This document shows, in pieces, positions 1 to 11,422 of a DNA stretch of 64,000 nucleotides (position 1 is its first letter; each line of letters opens with the position of its first letter). The position numbers and the translations under genes are program-made. The notes under the pieces are model-generated. The model saw nothing but the letters and a program-made list of their open reading frames with translations. It did not search any database and had not been told where the DNA came from. Origin of the DNA: Scenedesmus sp. PABB004 (taxonomy: Eukaryota); NCBI GenBank assembly GCA_014905635.1, contig CM026547.1:4712001-4776000 (forward strand), read 5' to 3'.

Positions 1-200
1 CGCGCCGCCGTCTTCCGACAGCACAGCCTGGCACGGCCCGCCCGCGCCCACCGGGCGCGGCGGGCCCGCGGCGGCGCGGGCATGGCGCCGGCGCGGCGCC
101 CCGGCGGCGCGGGGCGCCCGATCTCGGCGCGGCGACCCGCGCGGCGCCGCCGCGCCGCGCTGCCGCGCCAACAGCAGCGCCGCCGCGCCGCCGCCCGCAG

Positions 201-613
201 CTGAAGAAGGCCCGCCAGGCCGCGCAGGCCGCCGTGGACGCTGAGAGTGCGTGGCAGCTCGCTCACGCGGCGCGGCGGCGGCAGCCAGCGCGGGCAGCAG
301 CAGAAGCAGCGCGCGGGGGCGCCGCTGACGCGCGCGTGCCGCGCCGCGCCGCGCCCAGGCGCGGAGGGCTGGGTGGACCGCTTCAACGGCCAGGCGCGCA
401 AGGGCTGCGACATCCTGGTGCAGGCGCTGGAGCGCGAGGGCGTGGACACGGTGTTTGCATACCCCGGCGGCGCGTCGATGGAGATCCACCAGGCCCTCAC
501 GCGCAGCGAGACGATCGAGAACATCCTCTGCCGCCACGAGCAGGCGCGGCGCGCGCGCCCGCGGCGCGACAGCACGCGCAGCAGCGGCACGCGCAGCAGC
601 GGCACGCGCAGCA

Positions 614-684
<71 letters not shown>

Positions 685-3600
685 ACGCGCAGCGGCGGCA
701 CGCGCAGCAGCGGCACGCGCGGCCGCGGCGGCCGGCCGCGGCGAGCGCTGCTCGCAGCGGCGGCGGACAGCGCGGCAGCGCCCGACCCCTCCCGTCCCTC
801 CCCCTCCATCCCCCTCCCTCCCCGCCCGCCGCGCGCAGGGCGAGATCTTTGCTGCCGAGGGCTACGCCAAGACGACCGGCCGCGTGGGCGTCTGCATCGC
901 CACGAGCGGCCCCGGCGCGACCAACCTCGTGACCGGCCTCGCCGACGCGATGATGGACAGCGTGCCCCTCGTCGCCATCACCGGCCAGGCACGCGCCGCC
1001 GCGCCGCCGCGCCGCCGCCGCGCTCGCCCACCTCCCCCGCCCACCTGCCCCGCCCACCTCTCCCGCCCTCGCCGCCCGCCCACCTCTCCCGCCCTCGCCT
1101 CCCGCCCTCGCCGCCCGCGCTCACCCCTCCCGCCGACGCCTCCCCCTCTCTTTGCCCGCCGCTCCCGCCAGGTCCCGCGCAAGCTCATCGGCACGGACGG
1201 CTTCCAGGAGACGCCGATCGTGGAGGTGACGCGCGCGATCACAAAGCACAACTACCTGGTCATGGACATTGACGACCTGCCACGCGTCATCAAGGAGGTG
1301 CGTGGCGGTGTGGGGAGTGTGGGTGGGGTGGTGGCACGCGCGTGTGTGTGTGTGGGGGGGGGGGGGGGTGTTGGGGAGGGAGAGGGGGCGACGGCAGGCG
1401 GCGGCGGGTGGTGCAGGAGGGGGGCCAGCTCGCGGCGGCGGCGGCGGCGGGTGCAGCAGCGCGAGCTGCGTCCGAACAGGCGCCGACGTCTCACCCCCCC
1501 CCCCCCCACACACACACACACACGCCCCCCCCCCAGGCCTTCTACCTCGCGCGCACGGGGCGCCCCGGGCCGGTGCTGGTCGACGTGCCCAAGGACATCC
1601 AGCAGCAGCTCGGCATGCCCGACTGGGACGCGCCCATGGCGATCGCGGGCTACATGTCCCGCCTGCCCCCGCCGCCCGAGCCCGCCGCGCTCGCGGCGGT
1701 CGCAAAGGCGCTGCGCGGCGCCAAGAAGCCGGTGCGCTGCGCCCCGCGCAGCGCAGCGCACGCAGCGCCGCGCAGCGCAGCGCAGCGCAGCGCAGCGCAG
1801 CGCAGCGCAGCCCTCTGCGCCGCGCCGCTGGCCGCCCACCGCCCGCCGCGCGTCGCCGCCGCGCCGCCGCCGCCGCCGCAGATCGTGTACCTCGGCGGCG
1901 GCGCGCTCGACGCGGCGCCGGAGGTGCGCGAGCTCATCGCGCGCACCGGCATCCCCGTGGCGCAGACGCTCATGGGCCTGGGCGCCTTCCCCGTGGCCGA
2001 CCCGCTCAGCCTGCAGATGCTGGGCATGCACGGCACCGTGTACGCCAACTACGCCGTCGACCAGGCGCGGCGGCGCTGCTGCTGCAGCCGCGGCGGCACC
2101 GGCCGCGCGGGGATGGCCGCGCGCGGGGCGCGCGGCCGCGGGGCGCGCGCGGCGCGCAGGGAGGGAGGGGCAGCGCCGCGCGGGCGCGCGCCGCGCCGCG
2201 GCCGCCGCCCGCAGCGCGTCCCCCGCGCCGCCCGCTCACACGCGCGCGGGCGCGCACCACGCGCCGCGCACACGCGTGCAGGCCGACCTGCTCATCGCGC
2301 TGGGCGTGCGCTTTGACGACCGCGTGACGGGCAAGCTGGAGGCCTTTGCCACGCGCAGCCGCATCGTGCACATCGACATCGACCCCGCCGAGATCAACAA
2401 GAACAAGACCGCACACATCCCCATCTGCGCGGGTGCGACCCCCGCCGCCGTGCCCGCCGCCCCCGCGCCGCCGCGCCCGCGCGTCCGCCTCACGACCGCG
2501 ACGCGGGGCGTCGCGGTCCCTGCGCCGCCCCACGCGTCACGCCCCGCCGCGCGCCGCGTCACGCGCCGCCTCACGCGTCACGCCCCGCGCCGCGCCGCGC
2601 CGCGCGCCGCGCGCCGCTCGCGCCGCAGACGTGAAGCCTGCGCTGCAGATCCTGAACAAGATGCTCGAGGCGGACCCGCTGCCGGCCGACGCGTACGCCG
2701 ACTGGCGCGCCGACCTGGACGCGCAGCGCGCCAAGTTCCCCATGCGCTACCCGGACCGCGACGACGTCATCGCGCCGCAGCACGCCGTGCAGGTGACGCC
2801 CGGGGAGGGAGGGAGGGAGGGCAGGGACGGCGCGCTGCCCTGCAGGGGCGGCAGGCGCCGCGCGCGGCGGCGGCCCGCGCGCGCCGCCGCGCCCCCATTC
2901 ACCGCGCCGCGCTCGCCGCACACGCACCCCCCCCCCACCACACACACACACGCACACCCGCACCCACACACCCACCGCCGCCACCACGCCACAGGTGCTG
3001 TACGAGGAGACGCAGGGCGAGGCGATCATCACCACGGGCGTGGGGCAGCACCAGATGTTTGCCGCGCAGTGGTACCCGCTGCCCGAGCCGCGCCGCTGGG
3101 CGACGAGCGGCGGGCTCGGCAGCATGGGCTTTGGCCTCCCGAGCGCGCTCGGCGCGGCTGTCGCGCACGACGGCCGGCGCGGGCGGCCGTCGCGCGTGGT
3201 GGTGGACATTGACGGCGACGGCTCGTTCCTCATGAACTGCCAGGAGCTGGCCACGGCGGCGATCGAGAAGCTCAACGTCAAGGTGCTCCTGCTCAACAAC
3301 CAGCACCTCGGCATGGTCGTGCAGTGGGAGGACCGCTTCTACAAGGTGGGGCCGGGCGTGTGGCTGCGGGGCGGGGGCGGTGGCTGGGGGTGGGGGCTGG
3401 GGGAAGGTGGTGGCTGGGGGCGGGGGCTGCGGGCGCGGGCGGGGCTGCGGAGGCGCGCGCGGGGCTGTGTGTGCCTCTGCACGCCGCGCCGCGGCCCGCG
3501 CGCCGCCGCGCGTTTGCCGCGCGCCCCGCCGCCGCCCGCTCTCCGCCCACGCCGCCGCCCGCCCCCCCCCCCCCTTCTACAAACCCCAGGCCAACCGCGC

Positions 3601-4117
3601 GCACACGTACCTGGGCAAGCGCGAGGCGGAGTGGCACGACACCGGGGACGAGGCCGACATCTACCCCGACTTTGTCACGATGGCAAAGTCCTTTGGCGTG
3701 CCCGGGCGGCGCGTGATCAAGAAGGCCGACCTGCGCGCCGCGGTGCGGGAGATGCTCGACACGCCTGGGCCCTACCTGCTGGAGGTCATGGTGCCGGTGA
3801 GGGGCAGCGCTGAGGGGCAGCGCTGAGGGGCAGCGCTGAGGGGCAGCGCTGAGGGGCAGAGCGGGGCAGAGCGGGGCAGAGCGGGGCAGGGGAGAGGGCG
3901 CGGCGCGGCGGGTAGCGGGCGGGCGGAGGGCGGCGGGGGGCCCGGCCGGCGCTGCGCGCGCCGCGCATGGCGTGCCGCCGCCGCCCGCTCACGCGCGCGC
4001 GTTTCCGCCGCGCCCGCGCCGCGCCCGCAGCACATTGAGCACGTGCTGCCGATGATCCCCGGCGGCGCGTCGTTCAAGGACATCATCACCGAGGGCGACG
4101 GCTCGGTCAGCTACTGA
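201..4117 (+). CDS. ALS: Acetolactate synthase (AHAS) catalytic subunit, plastid; 10 introns read downstream of 201; start exon not identified (upstream of 201, possibly outside the window)
   Basis: Spliced exons give [81 protein letters not shown], ThDP motif GDGSFLMN...[16 protein letters not shown] and HVLPMIPGG; stop TGA at 4115-4117. Confidence 0.97.
568..720. repeat. Intronic tandem repeat, unit about GGCACGCGCAGCAGC(GGC), about 9 copies
   Basis: Directly visible in the ALS GC-AG intron 544-838. Confidence 0.9.
3798..3890. repeat. Intronic tandem repeats (TGAGGGGCAGCGC x~4, then GAGCGGGGCA x3) starting at the splice donor
   Basis: Visible in the last ALS intron. Confidence 0.85.
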
Positions 4118-4320
4118 GCGGCTCAGTCAGCTACTGAGCGGCTCGGTCAGCTACTGAGCGGCTCGGTCAGCTACTGAGCGGCTCAGTTACCTACTGAGCG
4201 GCTCAGTCAGCTACTGAGCGGCTCAGTCAGCTACTGAGCGGCTCAGTCACCTACTGAGCGGCTCAGTCAGCTACTGAGCGGCTCAGTCAGCTACTGAGCG
4301 GCTCAGTCACCCACTGAGCG
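4101..4320. repeat. 20-bp tandem repeat GCTCRGTCAGCTACTGAGCG x11; most units contain a 7-bp inverted repeat; first unit contains the ALS stop codon
   Basis: Exact 20-nt periodicity from 4101 to 4320; GCTCAGT and ACTGAGC are reverse complements. Confidence 0.97.
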
Positions 4321-4850
4321 GCGCCAGCACGCGCTGCCTGCACGCACGCACGCCGCGCGGCTGGCGGTCGCGGCGGCCGGCGGCGTCGCGCCGCGCGCCG
4401 CGACTCCACAGGCACCTTCAGTCGCCTGCACGCGCGGCGGCGGCCGCGGCGGCGGCGCGCGGGGCAGGCGCGCGGGGGCGGGCGGGGCGGCGGGGCCGCG
4501 GCGTTGCAGCAGGGGGGGCTGGCGGCGGGGCGCGCCGATTGGCGCGCCCTGGCGCGCGTGGTCCCGGCCGCACGCATGACTGATTGTTTTGGCGTGAACG
4601 TAGGCGTTTCGTCGCCCGCAGGGGCAGCGCTCGCACGAGCCGCGCAGCAGAGCACCGGCGGCACGCCGCGGCACTGCCATGGGTAACCCGGACGCGCGCG
4701 CGGGGGACCGCCCGCCCGCCGAGGCCAGCGCTCAGACGTTTCACAGCGCGTCCCCAGCTGGGGCTGCGGCCTGGCCGGCGCGTCTCGCAGCGCCGCCGCC
4801 GCGCCGCCTCCTCAGCTTTCCCCCCAGTCACTCGCCCCGCTCGGGCTCGC

Positions 4851-6426
4851 TCACTCGTTGGCCGCCTGCTGGTCGAGGCGCTCAGCGAGCGCGAGCACGT
4901 TGCGGGCCTGCAGCACGGTGGGCGCGTCGATCATGCGGCCCTCGAAAAGGAACGCGCCGCGCCCGGCCGCGGACTGCTCCCGCGCCGCCGCCACGAGCTT
5001 GACCGCGGCGGCCACCTGGGCGTCGGTCGGGCTGAACGCGTCAGCCACGATGCTCACCTGCGCCGCGCGGCGTGCGGCGGCGGCGTGCGGCGCGTGCGGC
5101 GCGTGCAACGCACGAGGCGTGGGCCGCCGCGCCGCGCCTTGCCGCCCCGCCTGGCCGCCACGACACCGCACGCCACGTCGCCGCACCTGCTTGGGGTGGA
5201 TCACCTGCTTGCCGCTCCAGCCCTGCAGCGCGGCCTGCCGCGCCTCGGCCGCGAGCGCGCGCAGGCCCGCCTCGGACAGGTCGATCTGCGCACGTGCCGG
5301 CGCCGGCGCCGGCGCGGGCAGCGTCAGGGCGGGCGCCGGGGGGCTCCCGCGCGCGGCGCCTCTGCGCGCCCCTGCTGGGCGGCGCCCCGCCCCGCCGCCG
5401 CACGTTGACGATGTCGATGGCCTGCAGCTGCATCGCGCGGCACGTCAGCAGGAACTGGCCGCGCGCGTGCGCCAGCTCGCCGTTGTCGGCGCTGCGCGTC
5501 GCGCCGAGGGACGCCGCGAGGTCGTCGCCGCCCAGGATGGCCGCCTGCAGCTGCAGCGCGGCGCCGCCGGCGCCGCCGCGCGCGAGCGCCGCCTCAAACG
5601 TCCGCCTGCGGCGCGGCGCGGCGTGGGGGCTGGGCTGGGCGCGGCGGCGCGGCGGCACGGCGGGCGGGCGACGGCGGGCGAGCGGGCTGCGCTGCGCTGC
5701 GCTGCGGCGCGGCGGGCACCTGAGGTCCAGCAGTGCCACCGCGCTCTCACACATCGTGACCAGCGCGAGGGGGCCCGGCCCGCCGCCGACGCGGCGCGGC
5801 GGCGCGCCGCGGCGCGACAGCTCGCGCGCCACGCGGTCGAAGATCCACGCCACGTCATCGGGGCCCTCCACCTTGGGCACCACGAGCGCGTCCGGCAGCG
5901 CCCGCGCGCCGAGCACCGCCGCCAGGTCGTCCTCGGCGAGGGCCCCGCTGGACGGCGGGTTGATGCGCACCGCCGCCTCGCCGCCCAGCGCCGGCGGCGC
6001 ACCGTCGAGCGCGCGCGCGATGGCCTCGCGCGCGTCGGCCTTGGCCGCGGGCGCCACGCCGTCCTCGCAGTCCATCACCACGCAGTCCGCCGCGACGCCC
6101 GCCAGCGCCTGCGCGCGGCGCGCGCGCGCGGTGCGGCCGTTGGCGCCGCCCCGCCGCCTGCCGTGCGCTGCACAGCCCGCGCCCACCACCCGCGCCCCCG
6201 CCGCGCGCCGCCGCGGGCGGGCGCGCGCCTTGCGCAGCTTGCGCTCGTCGCTGCCGGGGACGTAGAGCATCGCACGGCGCGGCGGGTGGTGGTGCAGCTG
6301 GTGGTGCAGCGCGGCGCCGGCGGCCAGCCCGCGCCGCTGCTGAGGCTGCTGCTGCCGCCGCGCGCCGGCCGCCGCCGCCGCCGCGGCTGCGCGTGCCAGC
6401 GCGCCCCAGAGCCCCAGCCGGGCCAT
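4851..6426 (-). CDS. CLYBL: Citrate lyase beta-like (CitE/CLYBL, HpcH/HpaI aldolase family), probable mitochondrial presequence
   Basis: RRAMLYVPGSDERKLRK, DCVVMDCEDGV, VRINP, LVVPKV, TMCESA, GGDDLAASLG, GWSGKQVIHPKQ, GRMIDAP. Confidence 0.9.
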
Positions 6427-6843
6427 GGGGCCGGGCCGGCGGGGATGCGCACTGCTACCGTGCGCGACGCGCGGCCGTCCGCGAGAGCGGCGGCGGCGCG
6501 TGCGCTCGGGCCGGGGCGCGCGCGCGTTTGCTGGCCAGCAAGGGAGAGCTGACTGCGTGCTGCCGTGAGCTGATCCTGCTGTGGAGGCGGTCAGCGGGGC
6601 TCACTCTCTCCAGTGCCGCCGTGCGCTTCAGCGGCGCCGCGCCGCGCGTCGATCGTCCGGCCTCCGCCTCCGGGCTTCGCCAGGCGCCACTTCCAAAACT
6701 TCTTCTGCGACTCCACCCACGACGAGCCCGCCCACGCCACCTCGGCGCCTGGTCCTGCGCAACCGATTCCGTGCTCCAGCGCCGCCGCCGTTGACGCAAG
6801 GCCCCCCGCGGCCGCGCCGGCCGCGTGCGCGCCCGGCAGCGGC

Positions 6844-7965
6844 ATGGCGGGCTTCATGGACCGCGTGAAGGCGCTGGTCGGCGCCGGCCCGCCGCCGGAG
6901 CCGGAGACGCTGCCGCAGCAGCTGCTGCGCACGGTCGACGAGGCCACCACGCTGACCTGGAAGCAGGCGCGTGGGGCACGCCGGGGGCCAGCCCGCGCCG
7001 CCGCGAGCCGCCGCCGCCGCCGCGAGCGCGGCGCGCGGCGCGCGGCGCTGCTCAAACGGCGGCGCACCGCGTCCGTCTGTGTGCGTGCGCGCAGAGAGCC
7101 ATCGGCTTCGGCATCACCTTTGGCTTGGGCCTGCTGTTCAGCTTCCTGGTGCGGAGCTCGGGCACAGCGCGGCGCAGCGTGGGCGCAGCGCCCACTCGGC
7201 ACGCGCCCACGCGGCCCGGCGCGCCCGCCGCCGCCCACGGCGCGACACGCCGCCGTGCCGCAGTCGCTGATGTTCCTGTGGACGCTGCAGATGACCAAGT
7301 TTGCCGTGCTCTACTCGTTCGGCAGCGTGCTCTCCATGGGCAGGCGCGCTGCCCGCGGCGGCGGCGCGCGGGCACGGACGCGCGCCGGCTTCCGCTCACG
7401 CGCCGCTCCCTCGCCCGCTCCCACCCCCGCAGCACCATGTTCCTGGTGGGGCCGACGAAGCAGTGCAAGAACATGGTGCAGCCGCACCGCGCGCTCGCGA
7501 CGGTCGTCTACCTCGCCTCCATCGCCGCGACGCTCGCGGTCGCGTTCACGGTGCGCGTTCTCTCCTCCCGCGCGCGTTTCTCCCGGCCCGCGCCGCGCCC
7601 CCTGCCGCCCGCCACGCCTTGCGGCCGCCGCCCGGCCCCGCCCGCGCGCAAGCCCAGCCCCGGCGCGCGCGCCTGCGCTGCGCGCGCCTCCCGCGCAGAT
7701 CGGGTCGGCCATCCTGGTGATCTTCCTGCTGATCATCCAGTTCATGGCCATGGTCTGGTACTGCGTGACCTACATCCCGGGTGCGGCGCAGTACCAGCCA
7801 GGCGCCAGGCGTCGTCACCTGCTGCTGGGGCAGCGACGCGCGCCGACCAAGTCCAGCGCCGACGACAGCGCACGCGCCGCCCCGCCGCCGCGCGCGCTGC
7901 TCGCCGCTGGCCGCCGTCCCGCAGGGGGGCAGGAGTTCCTCAAGAGCATGGTCTTTCGCAGCTGA
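6844..7965 (+). CDS. SFT2: Got1/Sft2-family vesicle transport protein
   Basis: TTLTWKQ|RAIGFGITFGLG, FAVLYSFGSVLSMG|STMFLVGPTKQCKNM, QFMAMVWYCVTYIPGG; 5 introns, 2 with GC donors. Confidence 0.9.
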   Translation: MAGFMDRVKALVGAGPPPEPETLPQQLLRTVDEATTLTWKQARGARRGPARAAASRRRRRERGARRAALLKRRRTASVCVRARREPSASASPLAWACCSASWCGARAQRGAAWAQRPLGTRPRGPARPPPPTARHAAVPQSLMFLWTLQMTKFAVLYSFGSVLSMGRRAARGGGARARTRAGFRSRAAPSPAPTPAAPCSWWGRRSSARTWCSRTARSRRSSTSPPSPRRSRSRSRCAFSPPARVSPGPRRAPCRPPRLAAAARPRPRASPAPARAPALRAPPAQIGSAILVIFLLIIQFMAMVWYCVTYIPGAAQYQPGARRRHLLLGQRRAPTKSSADDSARAAPPPRALLAAGRRPAGGQEFLKSMVFRS

Positions 7966-8291
7966 GCGCGGCGGCCGGAGCACACACGCACGCAGGCGGA
8001 CCAGGCTGCGCGGCTGGCGGCGTGGGAGCGAGCGAGCGCTGGCTGGCGCGAGCTGCGCAGCGGCGATGGCAGCTGGGCAACCGATCGAGCGCGAGAGTGG
8101 CCGGTCCCACGGTCGCGGTTCTCCTGCCGCCGCTTGGAGTCTGTTGCCGTGACGCCCCGTGTCAGCGCAGCGCCGCCGCCGCCGCCGCGACCCCGCCACA
8201 CCCCCGCCGCGCCCCCACGTCCCGAAACGATCCGACACCCACGCCGCGAGCCTCCCCGCGCCCCCGGCCGCCCGCCGCACGCGCAGCCGGG

Positions 8292-11204
8292 ATGGAGGCC
8301 GCCCGGGACCGCCTCTCGGTGCTGGCGGCCCACCTGGCGCCGCCCGGTGCGTCCATGGCGCGCCGCGCATCTGGGGAACGCGCGCGCGGCACGCGCGGGC
8401 CGATCTCACGCGCCGCCGCTGCCCGGCACCTCGCGCCGCTGCCGCAGGCGACGGCGACGACGCCGCGCTCGGCCGGCAGCACACCGCGGCGGCCGTCGGT
8501 TCGCGGGGATTCAGCAGCAAGTTCCCGCAGGTGCGGGCGTCGGCGCCGGCGCGAGCGCCACCGCGCCAGCTCACCCGCGGCTCCCCGCAGGCGACCACTG
8601 CGGCCGACTTCCCGGCCGCCGCGCACGACGCGCTGGCGCTGGACGCGCTGCTGACGCCCGAGGAGCGCGACGTCCGGCGCCGCGTGCGCGCGTTCGCGGT
8701 GAGCGCCGCTGCACGCTGCGAAGCGCGAGCTCAGCAAGCCTGGGGCCGCGCGTGCCGCGCCCACCGCGCCCACGCCCGCCCGGCCGCCCGCCAACAGGAG
8801 TCTGAGATCGCGCCCATCATCACAGGCACGCCGCGCTGCGGCGGCGGCGGCGGCAGAGGGCCGCGCGGCGCGGCGCCGCTCGCGCCGCCGACCAGCGCTT
8901 GCTCACAGCAGCGCCCGCCCGCCTGCCTCTCTCGTTGCCGCCGCGCAGACTACTGGGAGCGCGCCGAGTTTCCGTTTGAGCTGGTGCCCAAGCTGTCCGC
9001 GCTCAACATCGGCGGCGGCACCATCAAGGGCAACGGCTGCGCGGTGCGGCGGCGGCGCGGCCCCGCCCACACTCGCGCACCCGCGAGCGCGCGCCGCGCC
9101 GGCGCCGCAGCGCGCCCACGCCGCCGCCCGCCCGCCCGCCCGCCCGCCCGCGCGGCAGGGGCTGTCCATCACCTCGGCCGCGATGGCGACGATGGAGCTC
9201 GCGCGCGTGGACGCGAGCTGCGCCACCTTTTACCTCGTCCACACCTTCCTCGCCATGCTCACCATCGCGCTCATGGTGCGCGCCCGCCGCCCGAGGGTTT
9301 AGGCCGCCTGCGCGCGGGCCGCCCGCCGGCGGCGCGGCAGGGGGCGACCAGCGGCGGGGCGGCCAGCGGCGGGGCGGCCAGCGGTGGGGCGGCCGCGCTC
9401 CCGCGCTCCCGCGCCGACGCGCGCCGGCCCGGCCGCGCCGCCGCCGCCGCGGGTGCGGGTGCAGGGCAACGAGGAGCAGAAGGCGGAGCTGCTGCCGGCC
9501 ATGGCGGCGAACAAGCTGGTGGGCTGCTGGGCGCTCACGGAGCCCTCCAACGGCAGCGACGCGAGCGGGCTCACCGCGACGGCGACCAAGGTCACCGGCG
9601 GCTGGCAGCTCGACGGCGCGAAGCGCTGGATCGGCAACGGCACCTGGGCCGACGTGACGGTCGTGTGGGCGCGCAGCAGCGTGGACGGCCAGGCGCGCCG
9701 CGCGGCGGCTGCTGCTGCTGCTGCTGCTGCTGCCGGCGAGCGCTGTGCGCGCCCGCGCTCTCCTCCCTCGCGCCCCCTCATTCGCTGCCTCGCCCACCCA
9801 CACCCCGCCAGGTCAACGCCTTCCTCGTGCGCAAGGGCGCGCCCGGCTTTGCGGCGACCAAGATTGACAACAAGATTGCGCTGCGCTGCGTGCAGAACGC
9901 CGACATGGCCTTTGACCGCTGCTTCGTGCCCGACGCGGCGCGCCTGCCGGGCGTGACGGGGTTCAGGGACACCAACAAGGTGCTCGCCCTCTCCCGCGTC
10001 ATGGTCGCCTGGCTGCCCGTGGGCATGGCGATGGGCAGCTACGACATGGCCGCGCGGTGCGGCGCAGGCGCAGCGCCGCCGCCGCCGCCTCCACGCCAGC
10101 GCTCTCGCCCGCGCCCGTGCCGCCGCCCGAGCCCTGCTTGATGCCTTTGTGGCCCCCGCCGGCGCGGCCGCGCCGCGGCCGCCCCCGCAGGTACCTGCGC
10201 GAGCGGCACCAGTTTGGCGCGCCGCTGGCGTCGTTCCAGCTGATGCAGGAGAAGCTCGGCCGCATGCTCGGCAACGTGCAGGCGCGGCGCCGCGCGCGCT
10301 CGCCCGGCCGCGGCGGGCGGACGGCGGCGGCGGCAAGCGGGCGGGCGCTGGCGCAGCCGCAGCGCCACGCAAGACCCGCCCCAAACCCTCGGCGGCGGCG
10401 GCGGCGCGCAGGCGATGTTCCTCATGTGTTGGCGGCTGAGCAAGCTGGCCGAGGCGGGGACGATGAGCCACGAGCAGGCGAGCCTGGTCAAGGCGTGGAA
10501 CACGCTGCGCGGCCGCGAGGTGCGCCGCGGGGATCGGGCGCGCGCGGCGCGGCTGGCGGGCGTGGCGCGGCGCCCCGGCGCGCTGCGGACGACACCCGCG
10601 CGCGGCCGCCGCGGCGCGCGCAGGTCGTGGCGCTCGCGCGCGAGGTGCTCGGCGGCAACGGCGTCGCCGCCGACTTCCACGTCGCCAAGGCCTTCTGCGA
10701 CATGGAGGCGATCTATACCTACGAGGTGCGCGGCGCCGCACGCGCCGCCACGCCGCCAGCCCGCGCCCGGCCGCCCGCGGTCCAGCACAGCCCCTCCGCC
10801 GCGCCGCCCGCCCGCCCACGCCCGCCCTCCCGCCCCGCCCCGCCCGCGCCCCGCCCCGCCCCGCCCCGCCCCGCCCCGCCCGCCCCGCCCCGCCCCGCCC
10901 CGCCCGCCCCGCCCCGCCCCGCCCCGCCCCGCCCCGCCCCGCCCCGCCCCGCCCCGCCCCGCCCCGCCCCGCCCCGCCCCGCCCCGCCCCGCCCCGCCCC
11001 GCCCCGCCCCGCCCGCCCCGCCCCGCCCCGCCCCGCCCCGCCCCGCCCCGCCCCGCCCCGCCCCGCCCCGCCCCGCCCGCCCCGCACTGCCCCGCCACTA
11101 CCCAGGGCACGTACGAGATCAACATGTTGGTCGCGGGCCGCGGCCAGACGGGGCTGAGCGCGTTCAAGGCCCACCCCGGCGCCGCCAAGGGCGCGCAGCG
11201 CTGA
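8292..11204 (+). CDS. ACX4: Short-chain acyl-CoA oxidase ACX4-like (acyl-CoA dehydrogenase fold) with N-terminal PTS2
   Basis: [93 protein letters not shown]-terminal RLSVLAAHL. Confidence 0.9.
10830..11075. repeat. (CCCCG)n pentanucleotide microsatellite in the last ACX4 intron
   Basis: Long near-perfect CCCCG run. Confidence 0.95.
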
Positions 11205-11422
11205 GTCACGCGCGGTGTCGGGGCCGCGCACGGCGGCGCTCGAGCCGCGCGGGGCGTGTTGCAATCCGCACCTCTCTCTCGCCGCGCACGCCGCCCTGCC
11301 GCCGTGGCGTTGCTCGCCGGGCCGGCAGCGCCTTACCTCAGCCAACGTGCAGCTCCCCCGGGCATACAACGCTCCCAGCCGCGCGCCGCGCTCTCTCAGC
11401 CGCTCTCTCAGCCGCGCGGGCC

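Noticed and set aside
4101..4320. CRISPR-like array of palindromic repeats
   Set aside because: Units are contiguous with no unique spacers, there are no cas genes, and the context is eukaryotic
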